Origin: the human T2T-CHM13v2.0 reference genome, Homo sapiens
Length of the DNA: 64,000 nucleotides
Assembly (NCBI RefSeq): GCF_009914755.1
Contig: NC_060933.1
Reading direction: 5' to 3' (one strand)
Each line of letters opens with the position of its first letter. The first letter of the stretch is position 1. This document shows, one piece after another, positions 28,371 through 41,813 of this stretch. The notes below the pieces were generated by a model. That model searched no databases, was not told the DNA's origin, and saw only the letters and a list, made by a program, of their open reading frames with translations. The translations under genes and the position numbers were made by a program.

Positions 28371-30196
28371 ATTGTTTTTTTAAAATTTCTGATTGTTTCT
28401 CAAAGGCAGTATGGCAGAAGGGAGGAGGTAAACTTTGCACAAAGGGTACAGTTTACAAATTTTGATGGAATCCATTTTGGACTTGAAAGCTAATAGCTAA
28501 GATGGGGAAAAAAGGAAGCTTATTCTCATACAATAAGAGCCAAAGCCTTGTTACAAGGGTATTGTCCGAGTTGTTTAAAACCGTGTCTTGATTTAAAAAT
28601 GAAGTCTAGAAGTGAATTTCAAGATTGTCTAAAAGATAAAAACGATGTTTGAGAGCCAGGATCCCGTTATATCAAAGGGGAAATAGATTTCTGTAAAAAG
28701 GCTGAGGGTAACAACATGATGGTAGGAGTAACTATTCTGATCAGAAGTAGAAGGGAGGCTAAGGGACAAGGAGTGCAAAGTCCCATGGAAAATATTGAAA
28801 GTACTGAAGATATCTTGACCCCAAATCTAAAGAGGCAATTACGGCTAAAAAAGCTTCACAGTTCTGAATAGCTAAGAGTCCTTGCCTAACTTTCAAATAT
28901 TTCATGAAAACAAATTCCTAAAGACTCTGTCAAACTCAGTCCCACAGTAAATAAAATCTTCTAAGTATTAAAAAAAAATTACAGGCAATTTGTTAATCCT
29001 GGATTAATATAAAATCTTCTTGGCTATGATACATTAAAAAGGAACCAGGGATTGTGATCAACCAACAATGCTAGCCAAAATGCTGAATATTTCGAGTATT
29101 CATTCAAAATTATATTACTTATTGAAAGTAAGGTTGTCTGTTTCCATGCTATGTTATTCATATTTTATACCATGTATTTTCTATACATAGAGAAGCATTC
29201 TTTTTTTCATTTGTATCTCAAGAAGTCATAGTAGAAATTGCAGTCAGCTATATAGAGAGCACATTTATTTTTCTAGGGTTTGGTTTGATATCTAAATAAA
29301 CTGCTAACTAAAGAATCAATGTGACAGAAACAGAAGCTATCGGAAATGATGATATCATAGGACCACATGAGTATTTCTTGCATGGGTTTATTGAATTCTA
29401 AGGTAGCATTCTTCTTGGAGGAGCATTTTAACCAAAAGCTGGGGGGTGGGGGGACCAATAGAAACGTACAATAAAAAACAAACAAACAAAAAGCAATATT
29501 GTAAAAAAAAAAAAAAAAAAAAAAAAGTTCAAAAGGTAGCAGTGATTGTGCCCAGACCGTTAACAGACTTATACAAGGAATGATGACCTTGTGGAGCCTG
29601 TTGGTGATGAGGTCATAAAATGTGACAAAAAGAGATTGCAGTTTTTATTGTTCCATTGATTTCACCTTTTCCCTTTTTGATATGAAGTTGGCTAAAGGAC
29701 TTTAAAGGACTTTTTATTTTGTTGCTCACTGAGTCTAGGGAATGTGCAGAGAAAAATGATCTTGCTTTCTAATAGGTGCTAACTATGTTTAGAGATGGTC
29801 AGGCAAGTTTGACCATCTTGTGAGAATGAAGCTGAAACTTTCATCTTGCAGTAAGTCTGGATTGTGTGATGAAAGTTAAACAGTCAATTCATTAAGTGAT
29901 ATATAAACATCAACAGCAGATGGGCTTTTAGAAAACAAAGATCCTATTTTCAGAAAGTTGTCTTGACCATATAAAGAGAAAAGAAAGGCAAATAGGAAAC
30001 ATTATTAGTGCCATAGAAGTAACATTGTTTTGTGATTTTTAAAAACATATTTTCATTCTGTTATATCTGTTCAGGTTTTTTGATCTTAATCTAAGCTCAA
30101 TTCATGACATAGACTTGGTATAGTATATACTACACCAAGTATTTATCTTATCTATATATATTAGATAAAAAGGTAACCAGGAATTATGACAGGCTC

Positions 30197-30324
30197 ATTT
30201 TTTTTAATTTTTATTTTATTTTTATTTTTATTTTTTGAGAAGAAGTCTGTCGCCCAGGCTGGAGTGCAGTGGTGCAATCTTGGCCCTCTGCAACCTCTGC
30301 CTCCCAGGCTCAAGAGATTCTCCT
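30197..30324 (-). mobile_element. 5'-truncated Alu (partial right arm)
   Basis: T-rich tail then 'gtcgcccaggctggagtgcagtgg...gattctcctg'; degenerate TSD tgacaggctcatttt / tgacatgcttaatttt. Confidence 0.9.
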
Positions 30325-31473
30325 GACATGCTTAATTTTTTATGTTTACAAACTTTCTACTAAATCACCAGTATTTTATATAATACAATACTTATGACCT
30401 TTGAGCTCGAGGAATCCATTTGGAAGAGAGTTCAAATTTCTAAATATGTTGTATTTTTTTTCTTATTATTAACTTGCAATCAACCATTAAGACTGATTTG
30501 AACAAAATTTTTGAGTTACAATGCAATGACTATATACACGGACTCTATATACTCTCCCAAGGTAGATTCACTTAGAAATATTCCAACTATTTAATCCTAA
30601 GTCATTTGATTTTTATGACTGTTTCCTAATGTGTAAAATGAGAGGAATAGATTGATTTTACAGATCAAAAATACTGTATTTCTGTGACATGTAATTCACT
30701 GATATGATAAATTTAAAGAAAATCCTCACAATCAATCTAAATAGTTGAAGTTAAGCCAACTACAACAGAAAAATATTGTCTACCAGCCTCATCTTTGGGT
30801 TCTGCCAAAAAATGTAAATCACAAAGTTAGTAAATATTCAAGGACAGTGCTTCAAAATAAAAATAGGCATAGAGAATATATACATTCTCTATGCCTATTT
30901 TATTTTTATACACAAAAAATCCTCTACTGTAGCTAGAAGCAAACATCTTGCCCTGCTGTGTGCATGCATGCCCATGCCTTATCAATGAGGATCACTAGTC
31001 ATTGCATTCCTTTGGTTTGGAATGTCCTTTCTCTTGCTGTTACTTGAAACCACATCTTTCCTTCAAATAATTTTTATGTGCATGTGCAAACTCCTGTATG
31101 AAGTTTGAACTTGTCACTCTGTCTAATTATGATTTCTAGGTCCTGTCAGTTCCCAGGTTGTCTTCACCACTTACTTATACCACTTTTCTGATTTTTTATC
31201 TACCAGTACTCATGGTATGTATTTCTGAGCAGAAATTGTTAAACATCACCCAATGCTACAAGTATTTCCTTGATTATTCAAAGCCCCAGTTGGTCTGACT
31301 TCCTTTATGGTCAGTTCAATTAGAAATAAGCCCTTCTTTACTTCTAATCCTGTGTCCTTTCCTATATACCTCACGAGAGGTATGTTATTGATTATCAGTT
31401 CTAATTTTGTGGCACCCCGATTATTTCTAGTTTCTAGCAGTCATTTGCGGCCATCATAATTAAAAAAAAAAAC

Positions 31474-31561
31474 ATAGCACATGTATATCTATGTCACAAA
31501 CCTGCACATTGTACACATGTACTCTAGAACTTAAAGTATAATAAAAATAAATTAAAAAAAG
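31474..31561 (+). mobile_element. Very short L1PA 3'-end insertion
   Basis: 'gcacatgtatatctatgtcacaaacctgcacattgtacacatgtactctagaacttaaagtataataaaaa' matches the L1PA terminus. Confidence 0.9.
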
Positions 31562-33405
31562 AAATTATATATTATATGGTGGTAATTGCAATGGTGAAGA
31601 ATACAGCATCCAGGGAAGGAAAGCAGTGCCAATAGCAGAATGAGAGGTGGAGAAGGTGGGCTGCAACTGTAGACAGGAAAAAAAAAATTTCTAGAATGGC
31701 ACATGGGACGTCCTCCAAGACCAGCCAATAAGGCCATAAAATAGGCCTCAATAAGTTCAGAAAAATTAAAATGTTACCAAAGATACTTTCAGACCACAGT
31801 GGAATAAAAATTGAAATAAATACCAAGAAGATCTCTCAAAACCACACAATTACATGAAAATTAAACAACTTATTCTTGTGTGCCTTTTGTGTAAACAATG
31901 AAATTAAGGCAGAAATCACAAAATTATTTGAAATAAATGAAAACGTAGACAGAGTTGCTGGAATGCAACAAAAGCAGTATGAAGAGGAACGTTTATAATG
32001 CCAAATACCTACCTCAAAAAGTTGGAAATATCTCAAATTAAGGATCTAACATCACACCTAGACAAAGTAGAAAAACATAAACAAGCTAATTCCCAAACTA
32101 GAATAGAAATAATTAAAATCAGAGCAGAACTAAAGAAAGTTGAGATGTAAAAATCCATACAAAGAATAAACACAAAGAAAAGTTGCTCTTTAAAAAGATA
32201 ACTCGGATCAAAATAAGATCAGTAGACCACTAGCTAGATTAAGAAAGAAGAAAAGAGAGGAAATCCTAATAAGTACAATCAGTAATGACAAAGGTGACAT
32301 TACAGCTTATTCCACAGAAATACCAAAGATCTTCAGAGGCTATTACGAACAGCACTATCCACACACACTAGAAAATCTAGAGGAAATGGATGAATTCCTG
32401 GAAACACATAATATCCCAAGATTAAATCAGGAAGAAAAGGAAATGCTGAACAGAAAAATATGAAGTTACAAAATTGTCAGTAATAAAAAACTGCCAAGTA
32501 AAAAAGCCCCAGACCAGATGGATTTAAAGCCAAATTCTCTGAGACATTCAAAGAAGACCTAGTAACAGTTCTACTGAAACTATTCCAAAAAAATCGAGTA
32601 GGGGAACTCCTCCCCAGTAGATTCTACTAAGCTATCATCACCTTGATACCAAGTCTGGGAGAGAGACAATGAAAAAAAGAAAACTATAACCAAATCTCCT
32701 TGATGAACATACACAAAAATATCTTCAACAAAATACTAGCAAACTGAATCCAACAGCACATCAAAAAATTAATTCACAATGATCAAGTAGGCTTCATGTG
32801 TAGGATGCAAGGTTGGTTCAACACACAAATTAATAAATGTGATTAACAACATAAACAGAATTAAAAACAAAAACCATGTGGTCATCTCAATAGATGCAGA
32901 ATAAGCTTTTGTTAAAATGCAACATCCTTTCATGATAAAAACCTTCAAGAAACTAGACAGTTAAGGAATATACCTCAATGTAATGAGAGCCATCTATGAC
33001 ACATCCACAGCCAACATCATACTGAATGGGGAAAAACCAGAAGCATTCTCCTTGAGAACTGGAACACGACAAGGATGCTTATTCTCACCACTCTTACTCA
33101 ACACAGTACTGGCAGTGCTAGCCAGAGCAATCAGGTAACAGAAAAACTAAAAAGGCATCCAAATAGAAAAGGAAGAGACAAACTATCTGCTTGTAGATGA
33201 TCTGATTCTATATCTGGAAAACTTTGAAGACTCCACCAAAAGGCTCTTGGAACTGATAAGCTTCATTAAAGTTTCAGGATACAAAATCATTGTGCAAACA
33301 GCAGTAGCATTTCTACACTGATAACATTAAAACTAAGAGCCAAATCAAAATGCAATCCATTTACAATAGGAACACAAAATATAAAATACCTAGGAATACA
33401 TCTAA

Positions 33406-33678
33406 GTACATCATGAACATGTATTTTTAGTGAGAGAGCTCTTATAATTGCTGGGAATGTATAATTTACTGGACGTCAGCCCAAGTCAAGATGCTTAAAA
33501 TTGTACTTGTAGAGCTTCACTCAAACCAATGTGTCAAATAATGTATTGAATATTCATATAAAGAGAGACTATATTTATATTCTTAGATAGTTTGCTCTTC
33601 AATTTTTTACTTCATGCTTTCATATATATTACCCTAAAGTTTTTATCACAACAGATAAAGATTTTGTTGTCTGGAAAA
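33406..33678 (+). other. Non-L1 insert inside L1 ORF2, resembling a captured mRNA 3' end
   Basis: Splits the L1 consensus 'atacatctaa|(cc)aaggaggtg'. GATAAA at 33654-33659 lies 15 nt before an A-run. No TSD. Confidence 0.6.
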
Positions 33679-34254
33679 AAGGAGGTGGAAGATCTCTACG
33701 AGGAGACATGCAAAACATTGCTGAAATAAATAATAAATAACACAAACAAATGGAAAAACATTCCATGCACATGAATAGGAAGAATCAATGTCTTTAAACT
33801 GGTTACACTGCCCAAAGTAGTCTACAGATTCAATACTATTGGTATCAAATGACCAATGTCGTTTTTCACAGAACTAGAAAAAAAAAACAAAACTATTCTA
33901 AAATTCATGTGGAACCAAAAAAGAGCCCAAAGAGCCAAAGCAATCTTAAGCAAAAAGAATAAAGCTGGAGGCATCACATTATTTGACTTCAAACTATCAT
34001 ATAAGGCCACAGTAAGCAAAACATGGCAGGGGGATAAAAACAGACACATAGACCAATAGAACAGAATAGCAAACCCAGAAATAAAGCCACTGATCTACAG
34101 CCATCTGATCTTCGACAAAGCCAACTAAAACAAGCAAAGGGGAAAAGACTTCCTCTTCAGTAGATGCTGGGATCGGGGCTTCCTGTAGGCAGAATGAAAC
34201 TGAACTCCTACCTTTCCTGATATACAAAATTAACTCAAGATCGATTAGGACTAA

Positions 34255-34626
<372 letters not shown>

Positions 34627-36579
34627 GGATTAAAGATTTAAATGTAAGACCTCAAATGATAAGACAACCTAGGAAACACAATTCAGGACACTTTGGGAAA
34701 TAATTCATGACTAAGCCCTCAAAAGCAATTGCAACCAAAAGAAAATTGACAAGTGAAATGTAATTCAATTAAAGACCTTCTTCACAGCAAAAGAAACTAT
34801 CAACAGAATAAACAGACAACTTACAGAATGGTGGAAAATATTCACAAGCTACACATCCAACAAAGATCTAATATCCAAACTCCGGGAGGAACTTAAACAG
34901 TTGAAGAAGCAAAAACCAAATAGTCCTATTTAAAAGTGGACAGAATACATGAATAGACATTTCTTAAAATAACACGTACATGTGGCCAAGAAACATGAAA
35001 AAATGTTCCACATCACTAATCATCAGATAAATGCAAATTAAAAACACATTGAGATACCATCTCACACCAGTGAGAATGGCTATTATCAAAAAGTCAAAAA
35101 ACAGCAGATGCTGGAAAGGCTGCAGAGAAGAAGGAATGTTTATATACTGTTGGTGGGAATGTAAATTAGTTCAGCCACTGTGGAAGGCAGATTGGAGATT
35201 TAACAAATAACTTAAAACAGAACTACCTTTTAACCCAGCAATCCCATTACTGGGTATATATCCAAAAGAAAACACATTGTTCTACCAGAGAGACACTTGT
35301 AGTCACGTGTTCATCACAGCATCCCCATTATTCACAATAGCAAAGACATGGAGTCAACCTAGTTGCTTATCAACAGTTTACTAGATAAAGAAAACATGGT
35401 ACATACACACCATGGAATAGTATGTAGACATAAAAAGAATGATATAGTGTCATTTGCAGCACTTTGGAGGCAGCTGGAGGTTGTTATCCTAACTGAATTA
35501 ATGCAGAAACAGAAAACCAAATACTACATGTTCTCATTTATAAGTGGGAGCTAAACATTGGGCACTCAGGATCATAAATATAGCTTCAATAGAAACTGAG
35601 GACTATTAATGCAGGGAGAATGGGAGCAGGCTCAAGGGTTGAATAACTGTTGTTAACTATCTATATTATATATAATTATATATATATATAACTATGTTAT
35701 CTGTTAACTATATTAACTATGTTAACAATTGTTAACTAATACTTAGTACCTGGAGGATGGGATCATACATCCCCAAAACCTCAGCATCACGGAATATATC
35801 CAGGTAACAATCCTGAACATGTAAACCCTGAATCTAAAATACAAGTTGAAAAAAAAAGTAAACATAGAAAAATAATTAAATTACATAAAGACCTTGAATT
35901 ACTTATAGTTTCAGGATAAAGACTGTCAAACCTGTAGGAAGGTAGACACTTGTGAAATGGAACCAACAGTAACAGTTACAAATACCTAAAGCCATGTGCA
36001 AAGTGCAGGTAGAAGATAGCTTTCTAATTTTACAGAAATAGAAAGATGAAATCTATTGCATTACATGTATAGTTGGTAGCAATGACTGTTCCAAGAAACC
36101 ACCCATTTTCTCTTTGGTTGAGAGTTTATTATGTTTATGATTAGCATTCTTAGTAGTAGAATTAGTGATAATAAAATACAACAGGTACTGTAGATTGAAA
36201 ATGTATTGGATTACTCTGCATTGCTACTGTTTTATTACTATATTCTCCAATATTGTATTATACTTCCTCAATAGACTACAAGCTTTTGCAGTACATGTGG
36301 ACCATCTTTATATTGTAGGTGTCTCATACAGAATCTGACACCTAACATATATTAAATATTTCTTTGCTGATCTTTGTAATAAATGAATAAATGTTTAATT
36401 TGGCTCTTGAGAACTCTTGTTTTGAAAGAAAAAAAGACCATAAAACAAAATAAATTGATATAAATAAATGATAATAGGCTGAAGAAAATCTCCCACCATG
36501 GTGATGTTTTACTTACAATCATTGTCAATTAAATATGAAAAATAATCACAGAAACAAATCATTATTAAGGAATTTTGTT

Positions 36580-37490
<911 letters not shown>

Positions 37491-37873
37491 GTCAATATTA
37501 GCTTTTGTATATCTAGAAGTGAATATTTTAGTCTTAGGGATTTTGCCATTTACCAGGCCATAGTTTGATTTTGAATGGTGAAGAAAATTTTCTTGGCATG
37601 TTTTTCTCTATAAAATGTTTTCATTCATGTCCTTGTTATGAAGTTTTACCATGGATGCCTGCACACTTTATCTCTTTGGGTTTGTTGAATGACAGAAGGT
37701 TTAGACAATTGATGTTAGCTCCATAAAACAAAATTATGTTCACAGGAATAATAACAGTAAAGGTTAATTCTCAGATCATTTCTCATTTTAGTTAAGTCTA
37801 ACTACTCTTCTACCAAAATAGTAGGGAATGCGCTAGTTGTTTCACTTCATTCCTTACCTTTAATCTTCTAACT

Positions 37874-38110
37874 CAGGGGTGAATTACTCATAGTCTGTGA
37901 CCCTGATTTGTTCTGCCTTACTTATTTCTTTACTTATAGTCAATGAGCTAAGAATGATTTTTACTTTTTAAAAAGATTATATTTGCAGTGGTTATACAAG
38001 TACCTATATAATTTTATTTATTTATTTATTTATTTTTATTTTTGCCTCTTAACCCACGAAGCTTAAATTCCTTACTATGTTGCATTTTACAAAAAGTGTT
38101 TCAATTTCTC
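37874..38110. mobile_element. MER58-family hAT-Charlie DNA transposon
   Basis: 'caggggtg...tgagctaagaatgatttttactttttaaa...ttttacaaaaagtgttt'. Confidence 0.75.
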
Positions 38111-38159
38111 TCTTAGTTTTTCGTGTTAAGGAATGATCTACAATTTATTAATATGGCAA

Positions 38160-38340
38160 TAATATGAGTAGCTTCCTATTAAATTGTAAACCCACTATGT
38201 GCTTAAGCACTGTGGTACTTTTTATATATGATTTCAAGTCCTTACAACACTTGTGCAAGTAAAATATTTTAAATCATAGTTTTACATATGAGTGAATAAA
38301 AGGTTATAGTAATAAATAACTGCGCCAAAGTCATTTTAGC
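38160..38340 (-). mobile_element. MIR SINE
   Basis: Reverse MIR core 'cttacaacac...ttttacatatgagtgaa...aataactgcgccaaagtca'. Confidence 0.65.
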
Positions 38341-41300
38341 AATTTCCTCAGAAGATTAATAATCAACTCTTTTAAGATGGAAAAACCCTAGTTTACCCAA
38401 CCCGAGTTTAACTGTTCTCAACCTTGTGTCAAATAACAAGAAACACAGCAACTGCGACAAGTCTAAGATATGGTTAATTAAGGGGAAAAAAATGAACACC
38501 CATTGAATAAACTATCACCTCCTTAGAATTTATAATTTCCTGGTAGATAGTCCACTGCCTTAGTTTTCAGGACTGTCTTATATTTTCTGCTCTGCTCTAA
38601 TAATATATGAATGAAGATGGAGTTTGTCAGCTGGTGGCCAGTAAAATAAAAAAGTTTTGTCAATATTCAAAACTCCACCTGGTGGCTGATCGTGGCTTTG
38701 TGCTTTCCACATGTTTCTGCAACTGGGGATGCACCCTGACCTTTGAATGGTAGACCATAAGAAGAAGCTGTGCTTACTAAAACAAAATAAAATATTCCCA
38801 AGGTAAAGCCAACAGAAGCTGAATGTCACAACATTAATATTCAGCAACACATCTATCATCTAAATAATATTTTATAAAGATTGTATTGAATATTTTAGAT
38901 ATTTATGATTTTGAAAGGTACTACTTTGAGAGAATTGTCTGCTTATTTGTTTTAGGAATAAAGACCAATTGTAAGTAGTTCTCAGGTGCAAATTAACACT
39001 GGATTTTTTTCTTAGAAAAGTATTCCCATAAAATGTTTTATTTGAACTATGTGAAATCAGTGAGAAAACTACCCACACCACGTAACATTTTGTGACACAT
39101 AAAATTAACCTTTAAACAAGTTAGTGCTTCATCATCATCACAAATGAGTTAATTTTTTCCATGTGTAAATTTTAAAAAAGGCAATAATATTCTTTTTTGC
39201 AAAACCTTACACACATAAACTTACACACACACATCTATACCTACACACATCTATCTATCAATCATCTATCTATCATCTACATCTTTCTATAATTTGCAGA
39301 TAACATATTTTTTCTAGTTTTAGATAACCATTAAGATAAATCCATTTCCAGGAATGTTCCAGTTTTTAGTGTATTGTGTTGGCAATTAATGTTGATTTTC
39401 CTGATTAAATTATTTGCTATTATTTGGAATTTGCTGAGATGAATAGATAGGGAGTCAGCTCGGAACATAACATTACATATGAGTCACTGCCTAATGATAG
39501 ACAGTGGTACTCTAACATACAATCTAGAACAAAGTGTAGTATCTTTGGAAAACAACTGGAGACATTTGAATGTAAGGGATATTGGTAAGATGGCAGTTCC
39601 AAATAATTATAGGCAATTTCTGTAGTGTTTCCAAAATTGCATAATGCAGAACGATGAAAATATGTTTTTTATTTATCTTGCCATTCCATGTTTCATTTAC
39701 ACAAAGATTACAGAGGGAATCTGTCAGCCTATATATTCCTAATGAGTAGAATTCTTTCTATATCCTTTAAGCGCTACTTAGCTATTAAGTTAGTTTGAGA
39801 GTAAATATTAGTTTGATTATATTGATTTAATAAAGTTAAATGAATTACATTAATATTGAAATAATAAGTAAACTAATAAGTGAAAATGGCAATGTTTCAG
39901 AGTCTCCCTGGAAGAGACTGTAGAAAGCTAGAACATCTGTGATAGAAAGAAACACAAAGATAAGAAAATAGTTACCAAATCCCATTGAATATCTTTGTAA
40001 CTGAATGTCAAACAACTATCAGCTTCATACTGTATTGGACAGGTACCCTTATCTAAAATGTAGGTCTAAGAGTACTTAAACTTAGAATTGGCAGTTGCAT
40101 ATTTATTCATTTTTATGATAAAATAAAGTTAAAGATACAGACACACAATTGTAGGAATACTTAGAGTATTGATATGCATTTGAGTTGGTGCATATCATGC
40201 CAAGGTGAATTACAGGACATTTGTATCACCACCTAAAATTGTCACCTGAATTCAGTAGACTATAATGTTTTCCCTTCTTAAGTAAAACCTGTGTTTTTAA
40301 AGTTTATCTTTGAAACCTGAAAATAAAAATGTTATATATGAAGCTTAGATCTTTAAAGTATCTCAGAAACTCCTTTTTCCTGTAAAATTATTTTGAATTC
40401 TAATGAACATTAGGATTCTTTGTTTCTGAGGCTAGTATGTTTTGCTCAGGATCTTGAGAAATACAGCTGAATTCATCTAGCAAAATTAGTACCTTTAGTT
40501 ATACAAAGTTCAGCAAAAGGAAAACAACTAACTTGCTATAGCCACACCCTATGCTCTGAAATTTGAAGTGTTTTGCAAAACTACACAATCCCAGTGAAAT
40601 CCTGGAAGTCACTTTAACCTTCTTTAAGGCTAAAGAATATTTGTAGTAGTGAATTCCATACTTTTTTTCCTTAAGCCTATTGCAAGCTAACAGCAAGGGC
40701 ACTTTGCACGTTAGACTTTGGGAGGTATAGTGAGGGGAAGAAGGACACTGTTTTCCTGTAGTAAATAACATTGAGACTTTGGTAAATATATGACTTCAGC
40801 AATCTGCCAAACTGTTTAAGCACATTGGAATAGATACCAAGGCCTTGATTTTGCTTCTTTTTTAAATGCCTCGTTGAAAAGAAGGAGAAAAATTACTCTA
40901 TATTCCCAATAGAAATAGGGACCTACAGCTGGCAGAAACCGTAGAGAACATCTCATGTATGCATTGAGAATTAGCTACTTATTGTAAAATGAGAAAATTG
41001 AGAACCAAAGACTCAGAGAGGATGACAAGCTATTTTACAATAGAGCACAAACTAGCAACTGAATAATTTAACTCCCACTCATTTGTTTCTGTGTCAGTCA
41101 CTCTGGCAGTAGGTTGTGATGCATGGGATATTTGGGTAGTGTATGGAATGCCTCTCTTTCATGTTCTTAGATCCAAGATTATTTGTGGAAAGGTGGTTTC
41201 TTTTGTTTCACTGGCATGCAGTGGAAAAGAGCAATTTACCTGAAAAATAAGGGATTTCCCCCCATTGTCAACAAATAAAATTTATATATTATCATGTCTA

Positions 41301-41749
41301 CATATATTATTGACATGCATGCATTATTTAGATATTAAATGCTGTAAAACTGAAAAACACTAAGTTTTTTCAATGTTACTAATATGGGGGAACAGTTAGG
41401 TAGGTAACATAAAACAACAACAATAAACATGCAATACATTTTAAGGTTTGGATAGCTCAAAAATGTACCTTCCCTGTTATGTGTTACGTGCTAATAACAT
41501 TAACTTCACATTATTTAAGCTACATATAAACTGATGAATACAGAGACATCCTGGAAGGGTATTCTGGGCCACTAAGAAGTTATTCTGCAATTTAATATGT
41601 GGTACCACAGTCCACTGAGTGTATAGGCCACCCAGAGATAATGTAGAGCTTACTGCTTATTAAAGTATATTACCATTTACTTTGACCCTTGACAAACTCT
41701 ATTCTTCAAGGATTTTCCTCTGTCTTTTTTTTTTTTTCCCTCTTGACAG

Positions 41750-41813
41750 GTAATGATTTCAAAAGATCTATTAGTTACTATACGCATAATGAAAGTGCAA
41801 AGTTTCCTGTCAG
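41750..41813 (+). other. Candidate 64-nt non-coding/cryptic exon with AG|GT recursive-splice-like acceptor
   Basis: Long polypyrimidine tract (T13) then 'ccctcttgacag|GTAATG'. Donor CAG|gtaaaa at 41814; alternative donor AAG|gtcagt at 41878. Confidence 0.4.

Noticed and set aside
29470-29526. AATAAA followed by A24 as a processed pseudogene end
   Set aside because: No TSD or recognisable upstream mRNA, and the A-rich context explains the AATAAA. The orphan A23 at 20539-20561 is likewise unsupported.
41251-41260. NF-kB consensus GGGATTTCCC
   Set aside because: A single isolated 10-mer with no supporting context.
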